NCBI GenBank assembly: GCA_964016885.1
Contig: OZ024758.1
Location: 5,704,001-5,768,000 of the forward strand
From: Eledone cirrhosa
Lineage: Eukaryota
Reading direction: 5' to 3'
DNA: 64,000 nucleotides
Below the pieces are notes generated by a model, which saw only the letters and a list, made by a program, of their open reading frames with translations, was not told where the DNA came from and ran no database searches. Position numbers and translations under genes: made by a program. Every line of letters begins with the position of its first letter. Position 1 is the first letter of the stretch. Shown one piece after another: positions 13,691 through 28,689 of this stretch.

Positions 13691-14949
13691 CACACCATGT
13701 CATTACAATATAAAGTCATTACATGCTTATATATCAGATCCATCTACCCAATGAATAGAAAAGATTCCTGCAACTGAGCTAGAAAGGTCTCAAGAATTTG
13801 TTAATCCAATACAAATCCTGCTAACCATAAATAAACAAACTACGCCAAAAATCCTTTGTTTTTAGAATATATAAAACAAAAACTTCACGTAAAACAAACA
13901 GGACTGAGCGTGATGCTTCACATTATTGTGGTGGAATATACGAATTACAGAACTAAAAAAAAAAAAAACATATCTAAAGCGTCTTTTTTTATTTCATGTA
14001 TTAAATTTGACAATAAATCTTAAAATAATAAACTTAAAATAATATATTGTAAATGTGATATGAAAAACATTGTAAATATATTCGTATAAACATGCGAAGA
14101 GAAAATGGGCTATAAAACTGTACTTCAAGTTGGTTTCTTTTTGTTGAACATTTATATTTAAAGTAAACATTAATATGATAAAATAAAATAATGTAAAATA
14201 ATGTAAAACATCTGAAAAATACATATTTAAAATAACATCAGTAAAAATAATATGGAGACAGAGATTTAAAAAAAAATAATTGAGAATAAAGGTCAAATAT
14301 ACATCTAGGAAAACAAACAAACTATGAAACAGATTCTGTTTGTTTACATTTTGTAAAATGTGCAGTAATCATGTGTATAAAGTGTGAAAACAAACGAATA
14401 GAATAGAAATATTTAATGACATAAACTTGAATGAGACTGTAAGCTGATCGTTTGTGAAAATAGATGAATATCTATTTTAACGTTTTCGCAAGAACAAAAT
14501 CCTAGCGAACTTGGATAAGAAGTGATAGACGCAGCAAAATACACAAAATATAGTCGTGGTATGAAAACAGTTAGTAATTCATACCAATAACTAGAAGACC
14601 ACCGCCGTGAAAAACGCCACCACACCACCATCGCTTTGTACCTATTTCGTAAGGGACACTATCAATTGAAAAGAAAACATATCATTGTTTTCAGGTTTAG
14701 AATAGTTCATGTGCCACCCAGATTGATAGTATAAATTCTGAATGCAATAAAGGACGGGAATCACAACAGGTTATGCAAATATTTCATGGTCTCAGCTGAC
14801 AAAACCCAGAAGTATATCAATGAAAATTCGCTGAAAGAACCAGTCCACCACACATGATTGATTTTGCGAATGACCATATTCATTTCGATCGAAGTTAATA
14901 AGGAGGTGATCTGGGGGCAGGGGATTAGATGATTCCTCCGCTATGGGTT

Positions 14950-15520
14950 CGGTGCGATCTATCAGTGAACAGCAAATACTTTATCAGCTTGCGATCTTCA
15001 GTTTGTCGGCTAACGAAGCTTCGTTCTAACGACGATTTCACCAGATTGCAGCTGAAGAAAGCATCATTACAGATCGTAGGGCAGATTTACCAGATTAGAA
15101 TGGAAAGATTGTGATGCCGTCTGGTATTTTTGCTACCCCATCTACTTAAGCCCGTCGTTTCCTGCGATATAAAACCTTTAACGATATCTTTCAGAGCGGC
15201 GTGAAGTGGGAATCGGTCGGTGTTGAGATAGAATGACAACGTATGACATTCCAAAACGCCTACTTTATACACTCAATGACTTATGTGCTGGTCATAGATT
15301 CGAAGACCAAGACCAAGTGAGGGTCCACTTCGGAGACAGTCGTTATTTAGCCAGATTGCAGTCCGCCAAGAGGGTCCAGTGTTTAGCTAAGTGCTGTTAT
15401 AGGGCTGGAAGACGAAACTGAAACATGCTTGTAGGTACTGGTCAAGCAGGTGCGCAAGACTATCCAAGATTTTGTCGAACTGGAAGGCATCGAATTTGTG
15501 TTCGATTAATGGAACGTCCA
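14950..15520 (-). pseudogene. Highly degraded non-LTR RT C-terminal fragment (possibly I/Ingi-like)
   Basis: GC-richer block; broken frames give GLSRWGS (similar to LAGxxWGA) and KILDSL-like motifs. Weak. Confidence 0.3.
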
Positions 15521-15564
15521 TTAAGTGGAGAGAGAGAGGGGCAGATAAATTATGACTCTTTCTT

Positions 15565-15600
<36 letters not shown>

Positions 15601-15602
<2 letters not shown>

Positions 15603-15782
15603 AAACAAAGAGGGTGTGGTAAGGAACCAGGTGGACCATAACGCACCAGGGTACTCAATACTTAGGGTAGTAGAGTGGGTAATATGAAAAGAGTCAGGAC
15701 GCCGTCGGCTGAGCTCCGGCCGTTTCGACAGCTAGATCCGAAACGGCCGGAGCTCAGCCGTCGGCGTCCTGACTATTTTCAT
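15601..15782. mobile_element. H4 palindromic element
   Basis: Tail in reverse orientation plus inverted arms; (TA)n on both sides. Confidence 0.75.
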
Positions 15783-15946
15783 ATATATATATATATATCT
15801 ATCTTTTCTTTATATATATATATATCTTTTCATATATATATATATATATATTATAATAATAAAGTATGAATTTCTACGTGTAAAAAACACATATAGGGGA
15901 ACAAGTATTATCCAAGACAGATAAACCGATATATATATACATATAG

Positions 15947-15988
<42 letters not shown>

Positions 15989-16661
15989 TGTTAAATAGAT
16001 GCAGATACCATATTCTTTCAAGAGATGAGAAATGGAGGATATAAGGTCCATTTCATTCACAAGAGAAGTGATTTGAACCGAGAACTGAAAACATATCTCA
16101 GTCTCGTCTTACCGAGAATTCACATATTGTCCCAATGCACTCAGATATGTAAACAAATACAATATCAATGTAATCATTGACACATGTATATCAGTTAATA
16201 TTAATTTAAATAAGATTGTGCTAAGTCGGCAGAAATGGTAGATTTAACACTAATTGGTGGACAGTATTTAATTTCTGTAGTTCTGTATTTCCAGTGCAAA
16301 TAAATAGAAATTCACGATGCAATGTTTTCCAATCTTACTTGTTTGATTTCATATTTTGTCTGTTTGTTTGTCCGTGTGTGATGTGTTGTTTGTTTATTTG
16401 CTTGTGTGTGTGTGTGTGTGTATGTGTGTGTGTGTGCGTGTGTGTGTTGCTTGTTGTGAGTATGTGTTTGTTTTGTTTGTGTGTGTGTGTGTGAATGTGT
16501 GTTTCGTTCGTTTTTTGTGTATGTGTATTTTGTTTCTTTGCTTCTTTTGTGTATGTGTGTTTGCGTATGTTTTTGTTTGTTGCTTGCTTTGTTTGTGTGC
16601 GTGTGTGCCCATGTGTGTGTTTCGTTGGGTTTTTTTTTAGCGTGTATATTTTTTTTTGTTT

Positions 16662-16751
<90 letters not shown>

Positions 16752-17221
16752 TGTGTGTGTGTGTTTTTTCTTTGTATTTTTTGGTTGAGTCTTTTTAAAT
16801 TTGCTAATATTTATAATTGCAGTAATTTATCTGAAACAGTAGTTCAGTGATTCACAGAATTTACAGTATTTAAAATTCCTAAAAAGCGATTCATTTGTTC
16901 ATTGTAAAGCGAGGTGACTGTGACATGTCGTGTAACAACCACCCTGAATTCGTCTTATTTGGGGTATTTTATTCACTGACTTATCCGAAGTACACCTTTG
17001 CTAATTTAAAATAATATAAGTGATGGTGAGTGGAGATGTCCAATAATTATTTTTTTCCTCAATGTTCCTTTCACACCGTAGTTTCCATTACCATTCATTG
17101 TTGCTGCCTAGTGATTGAACTCAAAATGTACGATATATATATATATATAGGTAGAAGCAGTTGCACAACAGTTAGTTGACCATACCGAGAACAAATGTTT
17201 CATCTTAAGCGGATCTTCAGG

Positions 17222-17262
17222 CCGAGCTGAAGATCCGCATAAGGTGAAACATTTGTTCTCGG
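17222..17262 (+). ncRNA. Minimal type I hammerhead motif (H3) in a palindromic element (17150-17358)
   Basis: CCGAG-CTGAAGA-tccgcataaggt-GAAA-CATTTG-TT-CTCGG. Stem I is perfect. Confidence 0.7.
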
Positions 17263-17355
17263 TATGGTGAACTAACTGTTGTGGAACTACTTCTACCAAC
17301 CTCGTCCCTTGGACTGAGAGCTCTACTACTACGGATATAACCCTCCAGTGTTCTA

Positions 17356-17421
<66 letters not shown>

Positions 17422-17899
17422 TGTGCGTGTGCGTGCGCGCGCGCGCGCGTGTGTGTACATATAATGGTTTCTCTGATGAGCATTTCTGTGGGTCAATCGA
17501 TTGAACTACCACCTGAGTTAGGGTGCAATTGGCTGAGTATTCCACATACACGGGCATTCATCAGCGTGTCAAAGTATGTTATAAGTATGGCAAATTGAAT
17601 TACAGGTACGCGATTGAGACACATCTCAGACTGAGGTGAAGTGACTTGCCCCTCCTCTCCCTTACTTTCATTGCTTCATCCTTTTATTCCTCCATCTACT
17701 CATGAGATTTGGGTCGACCTGATAACATAAGAAAAGACACTTATGCATGTCGAGTGGAAACGAATCCAGAATCCCTTACGCGTTAATCATATCCTTAAAC
17801 AGAGACCCACTCAGACATAGGTTTGTGTTCTATAGAAATAAGTAATTTGTTCACGGATTTAAAAGAAAAAAATATTATAAAATGTTGTGTAATACTTAC

Positions 17900-18261
17900 A
17901 ACACCATCACAAAGCGTTAGGGCAGCAGTGTTCTGTAAGCCCTTCTTCAGAGTTTTAGAAATGTCTTTGCCAACATACATACAATCAGGTACATTCAAAT
18001 GTAATGCTGTACCATTTCCAACAATGTCCGTGTGTGTTCCACGATGTCGTTTCCAGTGATAAACTTTAAAACCCGGAGCTAATAAATCAACATTAGGTTT
18101 CAATTTAAAATGGTAGCTGTTGTTGAAGCCATTAATTTGCAAATATAAAGCAGAGTTTTGTTTTGTGTTTTTTGTGCTTCTTTTCTTTCGTGATAGGTGA
18201 ACATCATGTGACTGAATGATACCTTGGTAATCCACAAAGAATGGGTAGGTTACCTCATAAT
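17900..18261 (-). CDS. Exon encoding the prodomain of an ADAMTS-type (M12B/reprolysin) metalloprotease
   Basis: Translation (D)YEVTYPFFVDYQG..SHDVHLSRKKRS..LYLQINGFNNSYHFKLKPNVDLLAPGFKV..CMYVG..AALTLCDGV fits the reprolysin propeptide pattern, with an RKKR furin-type site. Bounded by a polypyrimidine tract/tttttag acceptor (phase 1) and a GTT|gtaagt donor (phase 0). The paralogue cannot be assigned. Confidence 0.88.
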
Positions 18262-18674
18262 CTAAAAAAAGAAATAAACAAAAAAGAAATGAGTAAATAA
18301 ACAAGCATCCATTTATTAAACCGAGTAGGAAATTCTAATGATAAATTGAAGTAAAATCCAACAGGTGCGTGTTTTGGTTGGCAGCATGACCCTCCCAAAG
18401 TATAACAATATCTGTTTCAACAGAACAGTTGTTTATACATTCCGTTTATTCCTGCTAATGTATATATATGTATGTTTGTGCTAATGTATATATATATATG
18501 ATTATTCTTGCTAATGTATATATATGTATATACATATATATATATTTATGTTTATATGTATGTTTGCATGTATGTATATATGTTTGTGTGAATATATATG
18601 TTTCAAAATATGTTTGCATGTATGTATGTGTATGTATACGTGTTTTTGTGTGTATATATGTTTAAAAATATGTT

Positions 18675-18705
<31 letters not shown>

Positions 18706-19558
18706 GTATACGTATTTTTTGTGTGTGCGTATATATGCTTAAAAATATGTTTGCATGCACGTATGTGTATGTATGTGTACGTACTTTTGTCTGTATATAT
18801 GTTTATATGCATGCATGTATTATATGTATACATGTATGCTTGTGTGTACACGTGCATGTATGTATACATGTATAGATACCATTGCATGCGTTCATCTCTC
18901 TGGCTTCTGTGTGTACTCACATATACGTTTGTATGTTTACTCCAGAGTATATCCACGTATAACATATGGACTGTTTTACATATTTTTCAGTACCATTACT
19001 GAATTGTGGCAATAGCTATAGTTTCTTGAACGTATGTATGTATGTATGTATGTATGTATGTATGTATGTATGTATGTATGTATGTATGTATGTATGTTCT
19101 TCTGGTTTTATAATTTCACAATTTTTTACCAATAGAGAGAGAGAGTCGGTTTCTAGCATAGACACAAGACTCTCTCATTGGAATTTACACAACATCAACT
19201 AGGTAGATACGTCTGCATGTTTGCATGGGTGCATGTGTGTGCAGGTATGGTTGTTATTGTATGAGTGAATGTTTTACATATTTTTACTGTTCCATTAATG
19301 GATTGGTCTTGTAATTTCCTAACTAGTCGTATTCTTTCTGTTTCTGTGAAGCCCAGCTTCTCAAGATTTGTATTGAGGCAGTTACTAACATATCCCAGTG
19401 CCCCAATGTATGTATGTATGTATGTATGTATGTATGTATGTATGTATGTATGTATGTATACTTTGTATTATGGTATTATGTATGTATTTATACTTGTATT
19501 ATATATGTATGTACGTACGTATGTATATCTCTAAGTATCTATGTATTATGCACACACA

Positions 19559-19600
<42 letters not shown>

Positions 19601-19605
19601 AGAGA

Positions 19606-19652
<47 letters not shown>

Positions 19653-19834
19653 ACACGTAAATACACAGATGTCATCCTCTATTCACAAATCTATTTCAAT
19701 CTGTTTTTTGCCTAATGTTAGTATTTTCATTCCTTATTTTTCTAGTTTGCTGTAATGTCGACAATGAGTAAGTTGCGGTGAATGGAGGAAATTGTGGGAG
19801 GTGTTGGCCGACATCTTAAACAAAGGAAACAAAA

Positions 19835-20120
19835 GAAAACAACAGTAACAACAGCAACAACAACAATAACAACAGGAGCAACAATAACAGTAGCAAAACA
19901 ACAGTAGCAATAATAACAACAACAGCAGCAACAGCAGTAACAATAACAGTAGCAACAACAACAGTAACAATAACAACACCAGCAACAACAACAGCAGTAG
20001 CAACAACAGCAACAACAACAACAGCAACAACAACAACAGCAACAGAAACCAACTCAATAAAGAAAGTAAAATGAGGAGAAACAGAATATTTTTAAAGAGG
20101 AAGAGAGAGAGGGGGGAGAA

Positions 20121-20208
<88 letters not shown>

Positions 20209-20575
20209 GGAGAGAGAAAGAGAGGGAGAGAGAGAAAGTGTTTATAATAATAGACAACGTTGAACAATGTCAGTCTGGTTGACAAAGTAGTTAATGATTA
20301 TGATAATGGTGATTATGATGATGATAATGGTAATTATGATGATGATAATGGTAATTATGATGATGATAATGGTAATTATGATGATGATAATGGTGATTAT
20401 GATGATGATAATGGTGATTATGATGATGATAATGGTGATTATGATAATGATAATGGTAATTATGATGATGATAATGGTGATTATGATGATGATAATGGTG
20501 ATTATGATGATGATAATGGTAATTATGATGATGATAATGGTAATTATGATGATGATAATGGTAATTATGATGATT
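19835..20575. repeat. (CAA/CAG)n, (GA)n and a 21-bp GGT(A/G)ATTATGATGATGATAAT minisatellite
   Basis: Direct reading. Confidence 0.9.
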
Positions 20576-20772
20576 ACTACTTTAGGCACAAGGCCAGTAA
20601 TTTGGGGGGAAGGGAAAGTCAATTAAATCGACCTCAGTGTATTACTGGTACTTTATTTTATCGACCCCGTAAGGATGAAAGGCAAAGTTAACCTCAGCGT
20701 GATTTGAAGGGACGTAACTGTATGCTGCAAGGCATGGCGTCCGACCGTCTACCGATACTGCCAATCTACCGC
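20575..20772 (-). mobile_element. SINE S1
   Basis: Homology to the S1 consensus. Confidence 0.8.
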
Positions 20773-21307
20773 AATGAGGATGAAAATGAGGATGAATAAA
20801 ATAAAAAGTATATAATTAACAGATATAAAAAAAAACACAGAAAAGAAAAACATACAAGTCTTCACTTGTCGCCATTACACACACAAGCTGTATTTATAGT
20901 ATAGTTTGACATTTGTATATGTTGGCGGGAAAAGTCTATTCACAAAAAATCTGCTTATTTTCATTCATATGATAATAAGTGTGTATTTTCTTATATATTT
21001 CTTTATACGCTTATTCATTTATTCATTCACTTGTATATTTTTTATCGTCGAAATTATAAAGACTTGTGTAACCATATCATAAAAACAAAATTGAAGATTA
21101 TTTAAATTATTCTTTACGCAATTTTTTTTTCATTTCTATTGGATGGAAACAAAGTTCTCGCACAACTTGTATTAACAACGATTTACAAAGCTTGTTTCCA
21201 ACCCAATAATTGATTATCTTGCGGGTTTAAAGCTGTTTATTATGTCTTCTTTATGATACCAGCGATGTAAAATGTCGATGTTATTTAGAAAGTAATAAAT
21301 GTTTCAA

Positions 21308-21900
21308 GTAGAGACGTTACTTCACCGAATTGAGAGATCACAGTTCCAATACTATGGGCATGTGGTTAAAATGTCTCAGGAAAGAATCGCTGGACAGATT
21401 TTAACGGCAGGAGACCCAGGTGTAAAACCCGAGTAATATGTTTGGAGAACATCCATCAGCTCGGCTAGTTTCGCTTGGAGAACAGGCCGGATCACTTGGT
21501 GAGGGTTGCTTTTAATAGGATCTGCTGAAAGGATTGTTTGAGGACTCTACTCTCACGACCCCCTCAGGAATAAATGGGTGAAGAAGAAGAAGAAAAAGAA
21601 AAAGAAAAAGAAAAAGAAGAAGAAAAATGCAATAATGTTAATTCTATTCATAAAAAAAAGAATCTCCTCCAGGTAGAGACGTTACTTCACCGAATTGAGA
21701 GATCACAGCTTCGATACTATTGGCATGTGGTTAGAATGTCTCAGGAAAGAATCACTGGACAGATTTTATGGGCAAAACCAGCTGGCAGAATACCCAGGGG
21801 ATGACCCCGAATAAGATGGTTGGATAACACCCACGAGCTTGGTAGAAGAAGAAGAAAAAGAAAAAGAAAAAGAAAAAGAAAAGAAGAAGAAAAAGAAGAA
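21308..21900 (+). mobile_element. Two tandem 3' fragments of a second RTE-like LINE with GAA-rich tails
   Basis: LLHRIERSQLRYYWHVVRMSQERI..GRIPRG resembles the RTE C-terminus. The same 3' tip precedes GAA runs at about 33825 and 42035. Confidence 0.6.
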
Positions 21901-22825
21901 GACAATAGGAATTGATGCCATCCATGGTCCCTGAACTTCCGATAGCCGCAGTCATGGCTACTGGTCGAGTCTTGGGTATTTAAAACCTGGGAGAATCCAT
22001 TCCTCTTCAGGTCAACTACTTCCAGAGAACGAGAAGAAGAAGAAAAAAAAAAGAAAAAGAAAAAGAAAAAGAAAAAGAAAAAGAAAAAGAAAGAAAAAGA
22101 AAAAGTAAAAGAAGATAAATGCAATAATGTTAATTCTATACATAAAAAAAAAAGGATCTCCTTGTTAAAAGATTTGTGGAAAAGTTGTTTCCCTTTGAAA
22201 CCTAGGGAATTAACATATGAAAAACATTAAGGGGCATACTTGTCGAATTATATTTATTTTATGGGGATTTCACCGTAAAAATAAGAAAAAGGCACTTAGC
22301 GAACTGACACTTGGGATTCCAAATTATAAACCTTTTAATTTGTTATATCCTAAATAAGCTCAATAATGGGACACAAAGGTCAGACGATTTTCATTTAGTT
22401 CCCTTATCAAGATTCCATTTTGACACCCAGATAAATACTGGTCGTTATATCATTAGTGCAGCTAGATAGATAAATATATATTTAATACGACACATACGAA
22501 TAGAATGAATAATTATAGTTGTTATGATTTTAAACAAAACTATAAATATATATGTATATGTATATATAAAGCTGATGTTTATACACACACTTACATATAT
22601 ACATACATACATACATACATACATACATACACACAACCATACACATATATATACACACACACATATATATACACACACACATATATATATACACACACAC
22701 ACATATATACACACATACATACATACACACAAATACACACATACATATATATATATACATATTAGGTGATTCAGTAGATTTGTGGTTTACTGGGAATGGT
22801 GCCAATATTAGCACTCTATGCTATA

Positions 22826-23186
<361 letters not shown>

Positions 23187-23607
23187 TTTTACAAAACGGT
23201 TTTTTTTCCATTTCAGGTAGACGCGCTCCATCATCCACTTTTCTAAAACATAAATCATACACAAAACGCCAGCACCAACAGTTTTGCAAGAGATGTCAAC
23301 ATGAATGGACCTGTTATTTTCATCTAAAGACATTTTTTCCAATTCCAACCCGCCCGTCCCCTCAATCTATCTTATTCTTTCTTCCAATGAAGCACTAGCG
23401 TCCGAAACGTTAAGACCCTCTTCCTGCTATATCAAGCGTTAACCTAATATATTCCTTCCATATACTGTACCGATTGTGTTGTTATTTCTGTTTACCTTTT
23501 ACATACATTCATACACATACATACATACATACATACATACATACATACATACATACATACATACATACATACATACATACATACACATATATATATATGT
23601 ATGTATA

Positions 23608-23781
23608 TAACGAAGGAAGTGTGGTAAGGAACCAGGTGGACCATAACGCACCAGAGTACTCAATACTTAGGGTAGTAGAGTGGGTAATAGGAAAAAAAGA
23701 GTCAGGACCCCGACGGCTGAGCTCCGGATCTAGCTGTCGAAACGGCCGGAGCTCAGCCGTCGGGGTCCTGACCCTTTTTCT
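23608..23781. mobile_element. H4 palindromic element
   Basis: Same structure as other H4 copies. Confidence 0.75.
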
Positions 23782-23914
23782 ATATATGTATATATGTTAC
23801 CGGCTGAGTATTCCTGAATGCGAGAGTACTCAATATCATGGTAAAGATTAATATTTTCTTTACTGACAGGATCATCAGACAAGAATGGCATAATTCTTGT
23901 CTGATGACCTTATA

Positions 23915-23972
<58 letters not shown>

Positions 23973-24136
23973 ATATTATCCCCACACACAGAGGCTGTAT
24001 GTTTAAGGGACAGCTTCATGAAATCTTTTGTCCCGTTTTTCTTTTTACAGTCTAGCCAACAATGCTACCTTGTTTTGGGAATGTTGTCATAACGAACTCA
24101 TTGTTCATAACCAGGTCAAAACTGAAGCCACAACAC

Positions 24137-24210
<74 letters not shown>

Positions 24211-24411
24211 GTGGGAACGTGTGTATGTATCTATGTAGGTATATATATAGATATAGATATATACATATATATATATATATCTGTTCGTGTGTGTTTGTGT
24301 GCGCGTATGTACATGTGTATGTATCCATGTAGGTATATATATACATATATATATAAATATATATTTATGCATATAAATATATATTTATTTATATATATAT
24401 ATATATATGTT

Positions 24412-24443
<32 letters not shown>

Positions 24444-24670
24444 CATATATATTTATATATACATATTTTTACATATATATATATATATATTTATACATAT
24501 ATATATATTTATACATATATATATATTTATACATATATATATATATATTTATACATACATATATATATATTTATACATACATATATATATATATATATAT
24601 CTATTTATACATACATATATATATATATCTATTTATACATACATATATATATATATATATATATCTATTT

Positions 24671-24702
<32 letters not shown>

Positions 24703-25362
24703 CTATTTATACATACATATAAATATATATATATATACAGACACATATATATATTTATATACATACACATATATACATGTGTATATGCGTTCAGGCATAC
24801 ACATGTATACACATATCGCGCCCACATTTCTTGTGAGTGTGTCTTCGTTTAATACACCCCTCTAACAGTTAGAACAGCCCTACATCTGTACATCTCCCAC
24901 TTTCTAGGGCGTTAGACCTACTTTTGTATCAAAGGGACAAGTTTGAGGGTGTGTAGTATAGGATGGCACAGAATGGACCCAGCAAGCTTTTTTGTTGCAA
25001 ACGCATTATCCCCGAGTAGGTAAATATAGAGGAAGGAAATTGTTGAGACTGAGACAAGGAAAGCTTTTGTTAGTGTTCGCTTAAGACCCTCACTCACTTT
25101 CTCTAACTCTTCTCCGGCTTTGTCTCTCTGTATGAGTTTTATTCTATGTCTCTAAAAGATTTCATGTAGTTGTCCATTAACCATACTGGCTCTCAGTGTG
25201 GATATATACTGTAAATACGCATATATATATATATATATATATAAATATATATATATAAAATAAAGTTAAATAACAACCCAACAAGGAACTGGGCATATCA
25301 GAGTATTGACAATATCATACACCTAAACAACATATGTACTTGTCTATACCATACTAATTCAA

Positions 25363-25417
25363 ACTGCCTGAAGAGGTCACAGCCAAAGATGGCTGTCACT
25401 GAAATATATATAGCAGT
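25363..25417 (+). ncRNA. Minimal type I hammerhead motif (H1)
   Basis: ACTGC-CTGAAGA-ggtcacagcca..tggctgtcact-GAAA-TATATA-TA-GCAGT, followed directly by AATAAA. Confidence 0.75.
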
Positions 25418-25587
25418 AATAAACGAAGCTAAATTTTAATCATTAAACTTTTATTTAACTATTTTTTACACTACTCCGGAATAACCAAACCAACCTGCGC
25501 ACTTCGTCGAGTGCTCCAGCCTGCATACTGAGGTGTTGGTATACAACCAACATAAACTCAAAATCTCTCTCTCTATATATATATATA

Positions 25588-25762
25588 TAACAAAGGGATT
25601 GTGGTAAGGAACCAGATGGACCATAACGCACCAGAAGTACTCAATACTTAGGGTAGTAGAGTGGGAAATAGGAAAAAGTATGACTAAATTCAAATGAATT
25701 TAGTCCAGAAATAGCCGTCGAAACGGCTTGAGCTCTGCCGTCGGGGGTCATACTTTTTCCTA
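25588..25762. mobile_element. H4 palindromic element
   Basis: Same family; retains the internal hairpin gactaaatt..aatttagtc. Confidence 0.7.
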
Positions 25763-25945
25763 TATATATATATATATATATATATGCATACATACACACA
25801 CATATATGTATATATATATAAGTTTATCCCGGGTTCAATCGGGAGTAACCACAGTAAGTAAGGTACTCAATACATAGCAGAGTATAAATATTTAATATAT
25901 AGAAATAGGACTAGAACTGTTTCATGCGGGAGAAATCATCAGTGA

Positions 25946-25992
25946 CTTCCTGATGATTTCTCCCGAATGAAACAGTTCTAGTCCTGTAGAAG
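25946..25992 (+). ncRNA. Minimal type I hammerhead motif (H2) in a palindromic Penelope-like terminus (25820-25999)
   Basis: CTTC-CTGATGA-tttctcccgaat-GAAA-CAG(ttctagtc)CTG-TA-GAAG. An inverted partial copy lies immediately upstream. Confidence 0.7.
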
Positions 25993-26140
25993 CCATTTCT
26001 CTCTCTCTCTCTCCCCTCTCTCTATGTATGTATATATATATATATTTATTAAAATAACAGATTAACGGTTCTTATATATTTGATATATATTTATCCTTAT
26101 CGAGCCCTCTTTGGGTTTTAGTCTTCAAATTTATTATTAT

Positions 26141-26186
<46 letters not shown>

Positions 26187-26823
26187 ATATATATATATAT
26201 ATGTATAAGCGCGCACACATATGAACATGCATGTGTATCAGAGCCAGTCTATGTATGTATTCATCTGGGGTCTATTTGAGTCATCTCCTGCCTTCTCTGT
26301 GTGAACCTCCTCTTCTCACAATCTAACCACTGCCATAACATATCATGTGAACTGTTCCTATAGCCAGTCGGATAAGATATCATGTAAGTTTACAGTTAAC
26401 TCTTTGATAGGTAAATATTTATCTCCGACGATACTTTTTTCTCACGATATTGATATTTTCTTACCAGAAGCTGCAAATTACAATTACATTTCGTTGTTAT
26501 ATGATCACAGTTTTGCCGCCACACACACAAACAAAAAAAAAAATGGTTGATGTGTTTCGTCTCTTGTCTTCATATAGCTTTTCTTGTAGCCTGTTACTTT
26601 TGATCTAATGTTTTGTTTATGAAAATATCACTGTCGACTGTAAGAAAACAAGCCTTTTGTTTCTTTCTATCCCTCTCTTTCTCTCTCTTTTTGTCTCTCA
26701 TTTTTTCTGTCTTTTTAAAGTTGTATAAAACTCATTAAGTCAAAATGGATTCTGTGCTTTAGAAATATGAGAAAGTAGAGAGAAAAGCGAAAAGTTTACA
26801 ACTTGCTTCGACTAATGATGGTG

Positions 26824-26856
<33 letters not shown>

Positions 26857-26858
<2 letters not shown>

Positions 26859-27185
26859 TGTTTCTACTTTTGGCACAAGGCCAGCAATTACCTCCAGTGC
26901 ATTACTGGTACTTTATTTTATCGACCCCGTAAGGATGAAAGGCAAACCTAACCTCGGCGGAATTTAAACTCGGAACGCAAAGGACCTTAACTCTATGCTG
27001 AAAAGCATGGCGTCTGATGCTCAACCGATACTGGTTTCTGATTTAGGCACAAGGCCAACAATTTGGGGGGGGGGGGGGCGAAAGTCGATTAAATTGACCC
27101 CAGTGCATTACTGGTACTTTATTTTATCGACATCGTAAGGATGAAAGGCCAAGTTAACCACAGCGGGATTTGAACTCAGAACGTA
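26857..27185 (-). mobile_element. Two tandem SINE S1 copies with an (ATT)n tail
   Basis: Two S1 bodies; (AAT)n run at 26824-26858. Confidence 0.8.
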
Positions 27186-27797
27186 CATAAAGCGCCATGG
27201 CGTAGGCAGAACATGTATACAGACATAGCTCTGCTGTTTTACAGTTCAAGCGGATTTCTCCAGCATCTGAAACAATGGTTCCAATGTCAAAACGTACAGG
27301 AGAGAGAGAGAGAGAGAGGAGGGACCATATGGGTGGATCAATAGCGTGAGGTGAAATAGATGCTAGACGTGGTCATTTAGTCTGACCAGCGAACACATCT
27401 TGATGTACGTTGTCATGATCCAGCCTCTATAGACGAGACCGAAGCCGACTGATATTAGGATTGATCCAAATTGATCAGTGCCCTATGGAATCCAGATCTC
27501 AGTTGGTTTCGAATGAAACCAACTAATAACTATATAATATGGAGGAAGAAGGTTAAAAGGTTGACATAAATATCGTTGATATAAATCAACTAATTAATAG
27601 AACAGTCAGGGAAGTAACTAAAGAAGACCACATGAAAGAGATGAAGAAAACGAAACGACAAAACCTGCGTCTGACAACCTTGACAATATTTATTTTATTA
27701 TACGTATTTCAAGGGTACTAATATTTAAGTACTCTTTCGTCAGATAAAATATAATAATTGTTGTTAAGATAGTGACATATCTTCATGTGAAGTCCAG

Positions 27798-27835
<38 letters not shown>

Positions 27836-27836
<1 letters not shown>

Positions 27837-27983
27837 AAGTAGTTCCACAACAGTTAGTTCACCATACCGAGAAACATTTGTTCTCGGTATGGTGAATTAA
27901 CTGTTGTGGAACTACTTCTACCAAACTCGTCACATGGATTGAGTGCGCTACTACTACGGATATAACCCTCCAATGTTCTACTA
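27836..27983. mobile_element. Palindromic Penelope-like terminus (H3 family, centre collapsed)
   Basis: Arms gaagtagttccacaacagtt..ccgaga / tctcgg..aactgttgtggaactacttc plus the H3 tail, within (TA)n. Confidence 0.65.
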
Positions 27984-28214
27984 TTATATAATTATATATA
28001 TATATATATTTAAAAAAGGAAAAGAATAACTTCACTTGTAGTTCTAAACAATTTAATTTAATCTTATAATATTATAATTTTACAGTTTTTGGTTTTGTAG
28101 ATCTAGTAAGTTCTTTGTTAACTTGGATGGGGATATTTTTAAAGATTCCTGGTTAACTTTCCTGGAGAACTTTCTCGCATTCGTCGGTGGCAATTGTCAA
28201 ACATTTTCCAATAT

Positions 28215-28600
28215 ATATATATTTGGACGCTTTCATCCAAACAACAAAAGCACCTTGATGGCACCTACACTCGCCTGCTTCGACGCATTCAGAACATAAG
28301 CTGGCGACATCTGCCTTTGAGAGAGATGTGTGCCGGCCTCCCATGCATATTTGTTATTGAACGTAAAAGGAGAGTAAGATTTGCTGGCCACTGCCATCAT
28401 GCCACCTACGAGGCTGAGTCCCTATTAGTGCTTTGGAAACCACAAGCAGTCACTAATAACAGGGGGCGCAAGCTCTCCTACCCCGATGTCATCTCCAGAG
28501 ATTCTGGTGTTGAAATCCAGGACTTGGTAACGGCAATGAACGACAGACCCACGTGGAGATCAATTGTTGAGTCGATTTCGGCTGAGGCCGCCGGATGATT
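28215..28600 (+). mobile_element. 5'-truncated RTE-clade LINE, 3' end
   Basis: Translation LDGTYTRLLRRIQNISW..RRVRFAGHC..AMNDRPTWRSIV is a typical RTE C-terminus. A homologous copy lies at 995-1290 (-) with a (GAT)n tail. Confidence 0.75.
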
Positions 28601-28601
28601 A

Positions 28602-28689
<88 letters not shown>

